From Planktothrix sp. GU0601_MAG3 (lineage in GTDB: Bacteria; Cyanobacteriota; Cyanobacteriia; Cyanobacteriales; Microcoleaceae): a stretch of 64,000 bases of DNA. Made by a program: the position numbers and the translations under genes. The DNA lies in assembly GCA_035193785.1 (NCBI GenBank), contig CP136572.1, positions 288,001 through 352,000 of the forward strand. The letters run 5' to 3'. Positions 1 through 10,706 of the stretch are shown here, piece after piece. Under the pieces are notes generated by a model. The model did not search any database and was not told the origin of the DNA. It saw only the letters and a list, made by a program, of their open reading frames with translations. Numbering within the stretch: position 1 is the first letter of the stretch; the number at the start of each line of letters is the position of its first letter.

Positions 1-30
1 TGCTGTTGAATTCTTTTTTTTACGCTGATT

Positions 31-697
31 GTGGCTGTCCCCTGTCAAGTTTATTACTTCGGAGCGGTTCCCTATACAACGGCCTGGAATTGGCAGCAAT
101 CCTTGGTTCAAGACCGCAAGCTGAACCCCGATCTCGATGATGTGTTCATTCTGTTGGAACATCCCCCCGTCTATACCCTGGGACAAGGGGCTGATTTACG
201 GTTCCTGAAGTTCGATCCCGACAATTGTTCCTTGGAAACTGCATCGGGTGGAACGGGGTGGGGAAGTAACCTACCATTGTCCAGGGCAGCTTGTCGGCTA
301 TCCGATTTTGAATCTACAACGCCACACCCCCGATTTACATTGGTATTTAAGGCAATTGGAACAGGTGCTAATTCAAGTTTTGGAGAGCTATGGACTCCCC
401 GCAGAAAGGATTCCTGGGTTAACGGGAGTTTGGATTAATCAAACTAAAGTGGCGGCGGTGGGCATCAAAGTCAGTCGTTGGATTACGATGCACGGTTTTT
501 CCCTGAATGTCTGCCCTGATTTACAGGGTTTTGAAGCAATTGTTCCCTGTGGGATTACCCATCGACCCGTTGGTAGTTTGGCTCAATTTATTCCAGGGAT
601 TACTTTAGAGCAAGTCCGTTCCCAAGTTGCTGAAACCTTTGCTCAAGTATTTGAACTTGAGTTGATTCCTCCCCAATTAGAATTAACAATTAATTAA
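31..697 (+). CDS. lipB: Lipoyl(octanoyl) transferase; apparent +1 frameshift at 235-239
   Basis: [36 protein letters not shown] and IVPCGI motifs across ORFs 31..438 and 248..697; removing one A from GAAAC joins them ([10 protein letters not shown]). Confidence 0.93.
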
Positions 698-743
698 CAA
701 TTATGTTAAGCCAGCAAGATTATTTCAACCGGACTGGTAATGA

Positions 744-762
744 TTGAAAATTATGTTATAAT
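744..762 (+). promoter_or_regulatory. Putative extended -10 promoter of rbp (TTGAAAATTATGTTATAAT)
   Basis: TGnTATAAT about 130 nt upstream of the rbp start; near-identical 19-mer at 1507-1525. Confidence 0.5.
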
Positions 763-892
763 CACAAGTGGATTAGGTATCGGTAGCCCTGTAATGCTGG
801 AATCAGGAAAAATTTTTCTGTTTAGTGTAAGTCCTACTCGCTTACCTCCGACTTCCAATCTCTGCACACCACTCGATTTTAAGAGGTAAGTA

Positions 893-1225
893 ATGACTAT
901 TTACGTTGGTAATTTATCTTACAGCGTCACTGAAGATGATCTTAAAGATGTCTTTGGTGAGTATGGAACTATTAAAAAAGTTCAGCTTCCTATTGACCGT
1001 GAAACCCAACGCAAACGAGGTTTCGGTTTTGTGGAAATGGAAACCGAAGCCCAAGAAGACAAAGCCATTCTGGAGTTAGATGGCGCGGAATGGATGGATC
1101 GGGTTCTCAAGGTCAATAAAGCCCGTCCCCAAGAAGAACGCAGCAAACCCCGGGGTGGCGGCGGCGGCGGCTGGGGTGGCGGCGGCGGTGGCGGTGGTGG
1201 TGGTGGTGGTTACCCCCGTCGATAG
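893..1225 (+). CDS. rbp: RRM RNA-binding protein with Gly-rich tail (cyanobacterial Rbp family)
   Basis: RNP2 IYVGNL, RNP1 RGFGFVEM, C-terminal poly-Gly. Confidence 0.95.
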   Translation: MTIYVGNLSYSVTEDDLKDVFGEYGTIKKVQLPIDRETQRKRGFGFVEMETEAQEDKAILELDGAEWMDRVLKVNKARPQEERSKPRGGGGGGWGGGGGGGGGGGGYPRR

Positions 1226-1252
1226 ACCGTTTTCCTCTTGAAAAAATGAGTT

Positions 1253-1288
1253 TAAAGCCCCTAAGTTCTTTTCTAGTCGGGCTTTTAA
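1253..1288 (+). terminator. Possible terminator after rbp
   Basis: AAAGCCC...GGGCTTTT inverted repeat. Confidence 0.4.
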
Positions 1289-1770
1289 TTCGTTGATAGG
1301 TGCTTAGTTCCGGTGCCGCCCTAGGACATTCTGATACTTGAACTAGAGGTGGAGAAAGCGTAGGGTCTAGGAATTCAGCCTGATCCACAAGGAACCCACA
1401 CTTTACCTTCGCGTAAGTGTTAGTCGTTCGCCACTCAATCCAAAGCATTCACACACCTTATCTCAGTCCATTGCCAAGGATCACCTAAGCATGGAGTGAG
1501 ATAAGGTTGAAATTTGTGTTATAGTAAGAAATGCTTTGCATGGGGAGTAAATGGCAAGCACTAAGCCGTGTGGGAAAATTTTTTCTACCATGCTTCGATT
1601 TATGCGGGTGTTCCCCATTGTTATCATCTGAGGCTGTCTCAAGCCTCGATCGGTGCTTCGGGGAGCGGACAGGGGTCTGTGAATGTGAAGACCTAAATTG
1701 TCCCGTTGCTATCCGCTAAGTCAGGGTAGCTTGTTAAACCAATCTATAATTTTAACTGGGAGAATATGGA

Positions 1771-1987
1771 ATGAGCCAAGTCGTTCTCGGTGAAACTGAG
1801 CAATTAGAGTCTGCTTTGCGTCGCTTTAAACGAAAAGTTTCACAAGCTGGCATTTTTGCCGATCTGAAAAAAAATCGTCACTTTGAAACCCCCGGACAAA
1901 AACGCAAGCGTAAAGAGGTAGCTCGCCATAAAGAAACGCCGTCGCCTTCGCAACCGTAGACAACAATTTCAAAATAGTGAGCCCTAA
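1771..1987 (+). CDS. rpsU: 30S ribosomal protein S21; apparent +1 frameshift at 1933-1937
   Basis: [29 protein letters not shown]; removing one A restores the basic tail [11 protein letters not shown], stop at 1985-1987. Confidence 0.92.
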
Positions 1988-2111
1988 AGGGAAAAACGGA
2001 CATTTGCAGTGAGCAGTTAGTCGGTGTTTGTCCGTCATTTGGTACGAACAGGGACGTTTGTATTTTGCGTCGTTCACGACTAACTGTTTGCTTTCCCGGT
2101 TTTCCGACACA

Positions 2112-3851
2112 TTAATTCTTTCCTGGCCCTAGGCTTGACTCTCGACTTAATGCGTGATGATCCTCCCAGGGAAATCTTTCTGGGGGGAGAGACTGCCACA
2201 GTTGCTCTATGTGATTGGCTGGCATGGTTAGATATAAAATATCCCCCGGTTGTAGCAGAAAATTTAATAGTTCCCAACTGTGAATGGTTTGATAGGCTGT
2301 CTCAATATATAAAGGAACAAAATCGGCTTTTCTAGCCACCTCTTGGACTCGTTTTCCACAAAAGGGGTGATTATGGGTAATCAGAGTTCCTAAAGCCACC
2401 CACAAACTATCCGCCGTAATTCCGCTTCCTAAAATTCGTCCTCCCAGGGCGGCGGCGGCAAAGGCTGGAGCCGCGATTTCCGTTGTATTTAAGACCGCTT
2501 CAAAATCAAAAATCTGTTGCACCATCAAGGCAAAATGGGAATCGTGGGTACGGGTGATCACCCTTAATCGCGGTGCTAATCCCCTGGCACTTAAAACAAT
2601 TTCTAAATTTCCCGTATCATCATTGGTAACGGCTAATAGTGCTTCTGCTGCTTCAATATTAACACTTTTGAGAGTATTAGCTAGACTCGCATCTCCTTCA
2701 AAAATGGGAATTTTCAATCCCTTGGCGGTGCTGAGAAAACGACTATTGGGGTCACGTTCAATAACTACTACTTCATAGCCCCGTTGATATAAATGTTGGG
2801 CAATATTTAATCCTAATTCTCCTAATCCACAAATAACATAGTGATTGCGTTCGGGAACTCTGGTCGCATCCAGATAATCTTTTAAACGTGTTCCTAAGAT
2901 AAAATCATTTAATAGGGCATAACTAATTCCCACAACTCCGGTGCCAATTAACATCATCACCACCGTAAATATTTTAATACTTTCAGGGGAATGTTCTACT
3001 ACTTGTTCATTACCTCCGGCTCCGGTAATCATCCCCACGGAAAAATAGAGGGAATCTACAAAAGAATAACTAGGATCGACAACAACATAGGTTAAAGCGG
3101 CTCCTAATATAGTTAGGCATAAAATCGAACTGACAATTAGGGCCGACTTAGCATATTGTTTGAATTTTTGTAGCCCTCGTTTGAATTTAAGAAACCGATA
3201 TTTCAGATCCTTTTGAATTTGATGGGTTTGGGGTTTAATAGCTACAATTAAGCGATCGCCCACCTCCAATTTTTGATCCGCCATCACCCCAGAGACTAAA
3301 TCAATTTTATCTTTAAAAGGCAAATAATAAATTAACATTCGACCCGAATCAGCCCATAAATCCCTCAAACTATGTCCTAACCAGGGATGATTTTCGTCGA
3401 TCAATTCTTCATGAATCGGCCAAATTTGATTAAATAATTCTAGTTGTCCAATCGCCTGATTTCCCAAAGCAGCAAAGGCAAATACGGGGGCGGCTAGAGC
3501 CGAAACGCTCATGGTACTATGATCGGGTAACGTTTGATTGAGGCGGGTTCCTAAATTAGTATTAAATAAACGATTAATAATCCGAATTTGAGGATTTAAA
3601 ATTCGGGCTTGCATTAAAATCGCTAAATTTGTCGCTTCATCATTTCCGGCTAAAATCAAAGCATTAGCCGTCTTCACCCCGGCGGCTAATAAAGTCGAAG
3701 CGGAGCGTAAATTCCCCACCACCACATCAGACCCTTCATGGGGGATAGGTTTATCGCTGATGCCCACAACGATAGCACCTTGTTGTTTTAGGAGCCTAAA
3801 AATCTGATATCCAGTGCGACCTAAACTACAAACAATAATTCGAGGTTTCAT
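2112..3851 (-). CDS. Potassium channel protein with TrkA-N/RCK domains
   Basis: Two Rossmann-type TrkA_N motifs (IIVCSLGRTG, YVICGLGELG) flanking a 2-TM pore region (YFSVGMITGAG). Confidence 0.85.
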   Translation of the reverse strand: MKPRIIVCSLGRTGYQIFRLLKQQGAIVVGISDKPIPHEGSDVVVGNLRSASTLLAAGVKTANALILAGNDEATNLAILMQARILNPQIRIINRLFNTNLGTRLNQTLPDHSTMSVSALAAPVFAFAALGNQAIGQLELFNQIWPIHEELIDENHPWLGHSLRDLWADSGRMLIYYLPFKDKIDLVSGVMADQKLEVGDRLIVAIKPQTHQIQKDLKYRFLKFKRGLQKFKQYAKSALIVSSILCLTILGAALTYVVVDPSYSFVDSLYFSVGMITGAGGNEQVVEHSPESIKIFTVVMMLIGTGVVGISYALLNDFILGTRLKDYLDATRVPERNHYVICGLGELGLNIAQHLYQRGYEVVVIERDPNSRFLSTAKGLKIPIFEGDASLANTLKSVNIEAAEALLAVTNDDTGNLEIVLSARGLAPRLRVITRTHDSHFALMVQQIFDFEAVLNTTEIAAPAFAAAALGGRILGSGITADSLWVALGTLITHNHPFCGKRVQEVARKADFVPLYIETAYQTIHSWELLNFLLQPGDILYLTMPANHIEQLWQSLPPERFPWEDHHALSRESSLGPGKN

Positions 3852-4143
3852 AGGTATTACAATCCATAAAAGCGATCGTCCCACTAAAGTTCTTGATCTG
3901 ATAGTCACCTAATGAGATTATGAACGGTTGGATTTACCCTAAACTGTATCTTAAAACACTAACTCCCAGAGAAAAGTGCTTTCAGAATTCATCAACTGAT
4001 TAATTTTCTTTTTTAACGGATTGATGCGATCGCTTTGGGATTTAATTTCTACGACCAAATCAGGCACTAATTCGGCAAAATTTTGATATGGTATCTTGAT
4101 GCTAACAAAAAAAGCGATCGCCATGCCCCCAATAATTAATAGT

Positions 4144-4566
4144 TTAGAGTCCAGTTAAAGCATCGGTATTCGGGTCGGGGAGAGGCTGTTGAACATCGAT
4201 ATTAGACCAGGATTTCCCAGGAGGAGAGGGACGTTGAACCGATAAACGATTAGTTTGTTGTAACCGTCCTTGATCCTGTAACTTGACCAATTCTTCTTGA
4301 TAAATTTCCATTAGCCGAGCTAAACTTTCAGCAATTTGATCCCAACTTTCATCACTGACGATTTTATCGGCAATCCCTTGAAACAGATCTCCTTGTTTGC
4401 TTTTCTTGACAAATTCCTTCAACCGTTTCCCCGATTTTTGTAAAGCCGCTTGGTAAACTTCCCCATTCGACCACCAGAGGCCAGGTTGAGTTAATAACCA
4501 AGTCAGGATATATTCTTGGGCGTGTTGTTCCTTAACCCAAGTGGCGAGATACTGTAATTCTTCCAT
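4144..4566 (-). CDS. Hypothetical protein
   Basis: 140-aa ATG-initiated ORF filling an intergenic gap; no recognised motif. Confidence 0.55.
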   Translation of the reverse strand: MEELQYLATWVKEQHAQEYILTWLLTQPGLWWSNGEVYQAALQKSGKRLKEFVKKSKQGDLFQGIADKIVSDESWDQIAESLARLMEIYQEELVKLQDQGRLQQTNRLSVQRPSPPGKSWSNIDVQQPLPDPNTDALTGL

Positions 4567-4710
4567 CGGTTTTGATCAAACTGCACTAAATTCTTTATCC
4601 GGCAAATCTTTAAAAAAATCTGACTTAAATTATACACCCAGTAAAATCAACGCTAATCTAATAAGATTACTGCATTCAGTAACCCACAATATTACATTCA
4701 ATAGAAATCT

Positions 4711-6133
4711 ATGACCCTGCAAAAATTTGGTGTAATTGGTCTAGCCGTCATGGGTGAAAACCTGGCGCTCAACGTCGAGCGGAATGGGTTTCCGATCGCA
4801 GTTTATAACCGCACCGGAGCCAAAACCGATGAGTTTATGCAGCAACGGGCGCAAGGAAAAAACGTCAAAGCGGCCTATACCCTAGAAGAATTTGTCCAAT
4901 CCTTAGAAACGTCCCCGCCGAATTTTGGTGATGGTCAAGGCCGGAAAACCCGTTGATGCCGTCATTGATCAGCTTAAACCGTTGCTGGATCAAGATGACA
5001 TGATTATCGACGGTGGCAACTCCCTCTATGAAGACACCGAACGCCGCACCAAAGAACTAGAAGCCACGGGTTTAGGGTTTGTGGGCATGGGTGTGAGTGG
5101 CGGGGAAGAAGGAGCCCTTTGGGGGCCGAGCCTGATGCCAGGGGGTACGGAAGCCTCCTATAAAGAATTAGAGCCCATTCTGGTCAAAATTGCCGCCCAA
5201 GTGGATGACGGCCCCTGCGTGACGTTTATCGGGCCAGGGGGGGCAGGTCACTACGTTAAAATGGTGCATAACGGCATTGAATATGGCGATATGCAGTTAA
5301 TTGCCGAGGCCTACGACCTGCTGAAAAATGTCGCCGGGTTGAGCGCGGCGCAACTGCATGAAGTCTTTGCCCAATGGAATACCACCGACGAACTCAATTC
5401 TTTTTTAATTGAAATTACGGCGGATATTTTCAAAAAAGTTGACCCAGAAACGGGTTCTCCTTTAGTGGATTTGATTGTTGATTCTGCGGGACAAAAAGGC
5501 ACTGGACGTTGGACGGTAATGAGTGCTTTAGAGTTGGGAGTTTCGATTCCCACAATTATCGCGGCGGTGAATAGTCGGATTATTTCTTCCTATAAAGATC
5601 AACGGGTAGCTGCTTCGGTAGAATTGCCTTGGCCGACGAGTGAATATCAGGGAGATATTGCCGAATTAGTGAATAAAATTCGGGATGCCTTGTACTGTTC
5701 TAAAATTTGTTCCTATGCTCAGGGTATGGCGTTATTAAGTGCCGCTTCTAAGGAGTATGGATACAATTTGGATTTGGGAGAAATGGCGCGAATTTGGAAG
5801 GGTGGCTGTATTATTCGGGCGGGATTTTTGAATAAAATTAAAGCCGCTTTTAGCGAAAATCCTGACTTACCGAATTTGTTATTAGCGCCGGAATTCAAAC
5901 AGACGATTTTAGATCGTCAACAAGCCTGGCGGGAAGTGTTAGTTATTGCTAATCAATTTGGAATTCCGGTTCCGGGTTTTAGTGCGTCCTTGGACTATTT
6001 TGATAGTTACCGACGGGCAACTTTACCCTTAAATTTAACCCAAGCTCAACGGGATTATTTTGGTGCCCATACCTATGAACGCACCGATAAACCCAGGGGC
6101 GAATTTTTCCACACGGAATGGACAAAAGATTAA
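4711..6133 (+). CDS. gnd: 6-phosphogluconate dehydrogenase; apparent +1 frameshift at 4906-4910
   Basis: [37 protein letters not shown]; correction gives [14 protein letters not shown]. Confidence 0.97.
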
Positions 6134-6146
6134 ACCTTTAACCCTT

Positions 6147-6242
6147 CGTAGTGAGGCGTTCACGCCTCACAGCCCTGAAGGGCTTACTACGAAGGTAGTG
6201 AGGTGTTTACGCATCAAAGAAAGCCCTAAAGGGCTTACTACA
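6147..6242. repeat. Cluster of GTAG-associated REP-like palindromes (GCCCTGAAGGGCTTACTAC family)
   Basis: Two GCCCT(G/A)AAGGGCTTACTAC copies and GTAGTGAGGCG..CGCCTC; related copies near 9882-9924 and 29844-29950. Confidence 0.65.
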
Positions 6243-6295
6243 TTAAATTTCACTGATAAAAAAAGGTTACGGCAGAAACCTGATTTCTGGACTCG

Positions 6296-6511
6296 TTAAG
6301 CGGCTACAGAAATTGCCTTAATTTTAAGGGTAGGTTCGGGAATAGCTTGACCGTCTTCTCGCAGAGTGTCAATATACAATTCAATCGCTTCTTTAATATT
6401 ATTTTCTGTTTCTTCTAAAGTTTTTCCTGTAGAAATACAACCGGGTAAGTCGGGAACATAAGCAGAATAGTTACTCCCAGCCCATTCAAAAATTGCAACA
6501 TATTCTTTCAT
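6296..6511 (-). CDS. hicB: HicB-family antitoxin
   Basis: YSAYVPDLPGCISTGKTLEE..NIKEAIELY signature. Confidence 0.9.
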   Translation of the reverse strand: MKEYVAIFEWAGSNYSAYVPDLPGCISTGKTLEETENNIKEAIELYIDTLREDGQAIPEPTLKIKAISVAA

Positions 6512-6702
6512 GGTTTATCCTCTAATTGTGCTTGTTTCCAGATGCTTTTGAGAGTTCCAATGGCAACTTCATCAGAAAAATTACCCGGTAAAACAACGAT
6601 ACCGGATTTTTTAGGATGTTTTAGCACTCGATGACTTCCGCGCATTCTTGCTTCATACTATCCATCCGCTTCTAATCGCTTTAGTACCTCACGAACTTTC
6701 AT
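6508..6702 (-). pseudogene. hicA: HicA toxin with in-frame TAG at codon 15
   Basis: Manual translation MKVREVLKRLEADG*YEARMRGSHRVLKHPKKSGIVVLPG...GTLKSIWKQAQL; ATGA overlap with hicB. Confidence 0.85.
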
Positions 6703-6958
6703 TAATTAATTTTCTCGGTGTGTTTATAGGTGCTCAGAAACCGGGTTTCTTTAGCAATCTTTCTATTATGCAGCAAAAGTTATTGCAGAAACCGGGTTTT
6801 ATGAAAAGAGGGCGGGTTGATTAAAATTATTGCTGGTTGACACAATTTTTTGATCAACCCGCCCCTACAAAAAAATTTTTAACGCGCTGACGCGCGAAAA
6901 GGGAAGAAGGGGAAAGAAGAAAGAAGGGTAAAGGGCTAAAGGGCTAAAGGACAAAGGG

Positions 6959-9815
6959 CTAGAGAGTCCACGCAGACGGGGAGGAAACAACACGAAAACC
7001 GTAGAACCTGTACCGACTGTCCGGCACGGCCCGGTAACGAACGGCACCGCGGCAATCCCCGGGATCGCTGACCCACGAAACCACCGCGCAGCACCCGGAG
7101 ATTAGTATTTCCGCCCGACTCCCAAACGCTACCATCAGGAGGCGCACCATCGTAATTATCGTGCCAAGGGTCGGCGCACCATTCCCAAACGTTGCCGTGC
7201 ATATCATATAATCCAAAGGCATTTGGAGGGAAACTACCGACATCGGTGGTTTGCTCACGATTACTGCCATAATTAACTAAATCGGCTGTAATGGTTTCGC
7301 CAAAATGGAAAGGACTTGTAGTTTGAGCGCGACAAGCATATTCCCATTCCGCCTCAGAAGGTAAACGATAGGTTTTACCTGTTTCTTTGGAAAGTCGCTG
7401 ACAGAATTCTTGAGCTTCGTGCCAATTTACATTCTCAACGGGTCGGTTTGCGCCTTTAAAATCAGAGGGGTCGCGCTTTAAGTCTATTTTTATTTTAGGT
7501 AATGCAAGTACGGCTTCCCATTGAGCTTGAGTAATGGGATATTTTGCCATAGAAAATGCAGCAATATTAACGGGATGTTGGGGATATTCGTTGCTACTAG
7601 CATTTGCTTCATTTTGAGCCGCACCCATCATAAAAGTTCCCCCGGGAATGGATACCATTTCTAAACTGATATTATTGCCTAAATCTTGTTTAAAAAATTC
7701 AGCCCGACGGCGTTCTCGGTGGGTTTCTTTTCCTTGGGCGTTAACGGTAATGACATCAAATTCAAATTCTTTTTGGAGACGGCGTTTTTCTGCTTCTTCC
7801 TGACGCTTTCTTTCTTCCTCCTGACGGCGTTTTTCATCCCAAACTCCTTGAGCAACATCCCGATTATGGGCGACATCGGGTAAATTAGGATTCAGGGCGA
7901 GACAGGAATTATAATCGGCGATCGCTTTTTCATATTGCCCTAATTTATAATAGGCATTAGCGCGATTATTGTAAGCCTCGACATAATTGGGATTCAGTCG
8001 CAAGGTTTGGTGATAATCTTCGATGGCGGCTTGATATTCCCCTAATTTACTATAGGCTAATCCGCGATTATAATTGGCATCGGGGGAATTAGGTTCGAGT
8101 AACAAGACTTGGGTAAAATCATCAATGGCGGTCGTATATTCTCCCTGTTGACAATGGTTTTGTCCCCGTTGATAACAGGCTTGAATAATATTAACGCGGT
8201 GAGTTTCTCCCAAAGATTCTAACAAATTATTGATTTTTTCAATATAGTCTAAATCCTTAGCCGTTACGACAGAATTAACGGTATCCCATAATTCAGAAAC
8301 CGGGTTTCTGGGGTTTCTTAACTTCAACCAAGATTCTACAGAATTAATTAATTGATTTTTAGCCCAAGATTTATCGGGTAAATTGACTAAACCCTGGGCT
8401 AATTCTAGGATTAATTCAGGGAGACGGTGAGAACTTTCTGTTTCTAGGATTTTGTAGATTTGTTCATAGCCAGAAATGACCATCCCTATTACTGAATCTG
8501 CAACTTCTCCTTCGGGGATATTCTGAGTTAAATCGGGGAGTAATTGCGGTAATAAGGGCGTGAAATCGTGGAGAAATAAATGATGAGTGTCAGCTATCCA
8601 ACCCGCGACCAAACAATGACAGGTAATTAAAAACTGGTACAAATCTTCAAAATGCTTGCTATTAATTTTATAATGAATTTCTAACTCATCATCGTCTATT
8701 CCCTCCTCTCGTAAACTTTGTTCTTCTTCCCAAATTTTCAGATTAATTTCATTATCTCCGCCCCGTTTATCAATATCAGCTTGGGTTTTTCCCAGTGCTA
8801 ATAGTTTGTCTTTTGTAACTTTCCATTTGCGGGCGCGAGTTTTAGCAGAATCATATAAAATATCCCGATAGGAAAGTTGAGAAATAATGGTTTGATAGGA
8901 ATAGTTAGGTTGTCCTATTGTCCAATAGGCGATTCTAAAATTTAGATAATCTCCATCAAATTCCGACTCTAATATTAATGTCGGTTCTGATTTTAGCATC
9001 CCAAATAATGCTTTAATACTGGCTTCACTATGAAAGCGTTTACTTTCCCAAGCCCCGGCTAAAAATTCGATGGGTCTTCCCTGTTGAGAATACTGATCAA
9101 AAAAATCACGCATTTTTTGATTTATAGTTAATTCAATATCGGGGAAATTTTGGGGCGTGGTGGCAAACTTTTCAAACTGAACTTTAGGCGGGGCAATAAA
9201 AACTCGTAGGGGAATTATACTATTATTGTAGGATTCTAAAATTTGCGCTGGAGGCAATGTTAACGGCCAATTAGCAAAAATTTTCTGAATTTCTACTTGG
9301 TCATGGGCAACTTTTAGCGCCGTTTCTCGTTGATATTGAGCTACTATTAATTGAGTTTCTCGGCCATAAGTTGCTAATTCTTTTTGGAGGGTTTCTTCCT
9401 GTTCAAAACGCCAGCGTTGAAATTCGATATTGCTTTTGTGAATAGCTAAATTAACGCTTTGGATATATTCTTGTAATTCCTTTTGGCGTTGATGATTGAG
9501 TTCACCTTGTTGGGCTTGAAATTCTCGATTTTCTTGATTTTGGATATATTGTAATTTAATTTGTGCTAATTGAATTTCCTGTCTTTTTTCCTCTATAACA
9601 GCACTGTTCGCAACTTGTACACATTGTAATTTGTACTGTGCTAATTGAATTTGTTGTCGTTTTTCCTCCATTTCAGCATTGTTGCTTACAATGATATCTG
9701 TATTTCTAGCTTGGGTATCAGCAATGTATTTCTGAGGAAGAAATACAGCTTCAAGTCCTCTATTGAATTTACCCCAAAGTCCCATTTTTGCTTCTCCTGG
9801 TAATAAGCGTGTCAT
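6959..9815 (-). CDS. Coiled-coil + TPR + FGE-sulfatase (CLec-fold) protein; apparent +1 frameshift at 7077-7081
   Basis: TPRs (AYNNRANAYYKLGQYEKAI), RLPSEAEWEYACRA, NAFGLYDMHGNVWEWC; corrected end RVLRGGSW...GFRVV. Confidence 0.9.
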
Positions 9816-9930
9816 TGGTTAATCTCCTGTTAATAAATTATAGGGTTTATGTCTATAATCAACCCCTGAAATCAATTTCGAGGTAGGGGCGAGGTGCGCC
9901 TCTAAGCCCTGAAGGGCTTACTACAATGGA

Positions 9931-10638
9931 CTAACCTGGACTACAGGTATTAAAAACTAACACCGTCGCCGCCCAAATAGGTGTCTTTCCTTCGGCAAAA
10001 ATCGCCCCATCTAAGGTATAAGCATGACCTTTGGCATCCACCCAACCAATACATTTTTCATGGGCATCATAGACCTTCATATCAGCACCTAAATGCCCGA
10101 TATAATGGTTGCCATTGTTATAAAATTTTTGCCCATCAATATGTCCAGCTTGTCCTCCACCATCCCAATAAACATCACCATCCGCATAAATATGAACACT
10201 ATTAGAATCTCCCTTTTCTACAGAATCGGAACTTTGCATTACGGAAAAGGCAGACATTTGTTGCGAGTGATCTCCCATACCTCCCAAATGGTGATCGGTT
10301 TGATATCCTGTGGAATAGTCCGTCTGTTCGGGTAGTTGATAGGGGTTAAATTGTTCTAAGTCCGTCCCATGGGGATGCAATTCTGGAGTGTGAGGGTCAA
10401 GGTCGGAGATAAAAGATGGGTGTAAACCTTGATAATATTCCCCATTTTCAAAGGAGTTAGACAGATCAAAATGAGGATGATGGGGGTCGTAGCCATTGAA
10501 ATCGGGTACAGACATAATATTATGGTGTGTCTGTTCAGGAATAGGGTGTTGCTGGGGGTCGATGTCTAGGGATTGGATCAGATGATCAAAGATAGAATCT
10601 AGGTTATATTGGGAGCTATTGTCGAGGGGATTATTCAT
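9931..10638 (-). CDS. Hypothetical protein: His/Asp-rich disordered N-half, beta-hairpin repeat C-half
   Basis: 235-aa ORF; C-terminal repeats of type G-x-(V/F)Y-x3-G-x2-IG. Confidence 0.65.
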   Translation of the reverse strand: MNNPLDNSSQYNLDSIFDHLIQSLDIDPQQHPIPEQTHHNIMSVPDFNGYDPHHPHFDLSNSFENGEYYQGLHPSFISDLDPHTPELHPHGTDLEQFNPYQLPEQTDYSTGYQTDHHLGGMGDHSQQMSAFSVMQSSDSVEKGDSNSVHIYADGDVYWDGGGQAGHIDGQKFYNNGNHYIGHLGADMKVYDAHEKCIGWVDAKGHAYTLDGAIFAEGKTPIWAATVLVFNTCSPG

Positions 10639-10706
10639 GGTTATGTTATTAATTTAGTTTGGTGAATGTAGGAGAACTTAGGCGATCGCTTTCTCTAAAA
10701 ATAATG

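Noticed and set aside
1113..1719. ORFs 1113..1448 (-) and 1531..1719 (+)
   Set aside because: Shadow of the Gly-codon run and a Cys-rich frame over a structured leader; no protein-like features.
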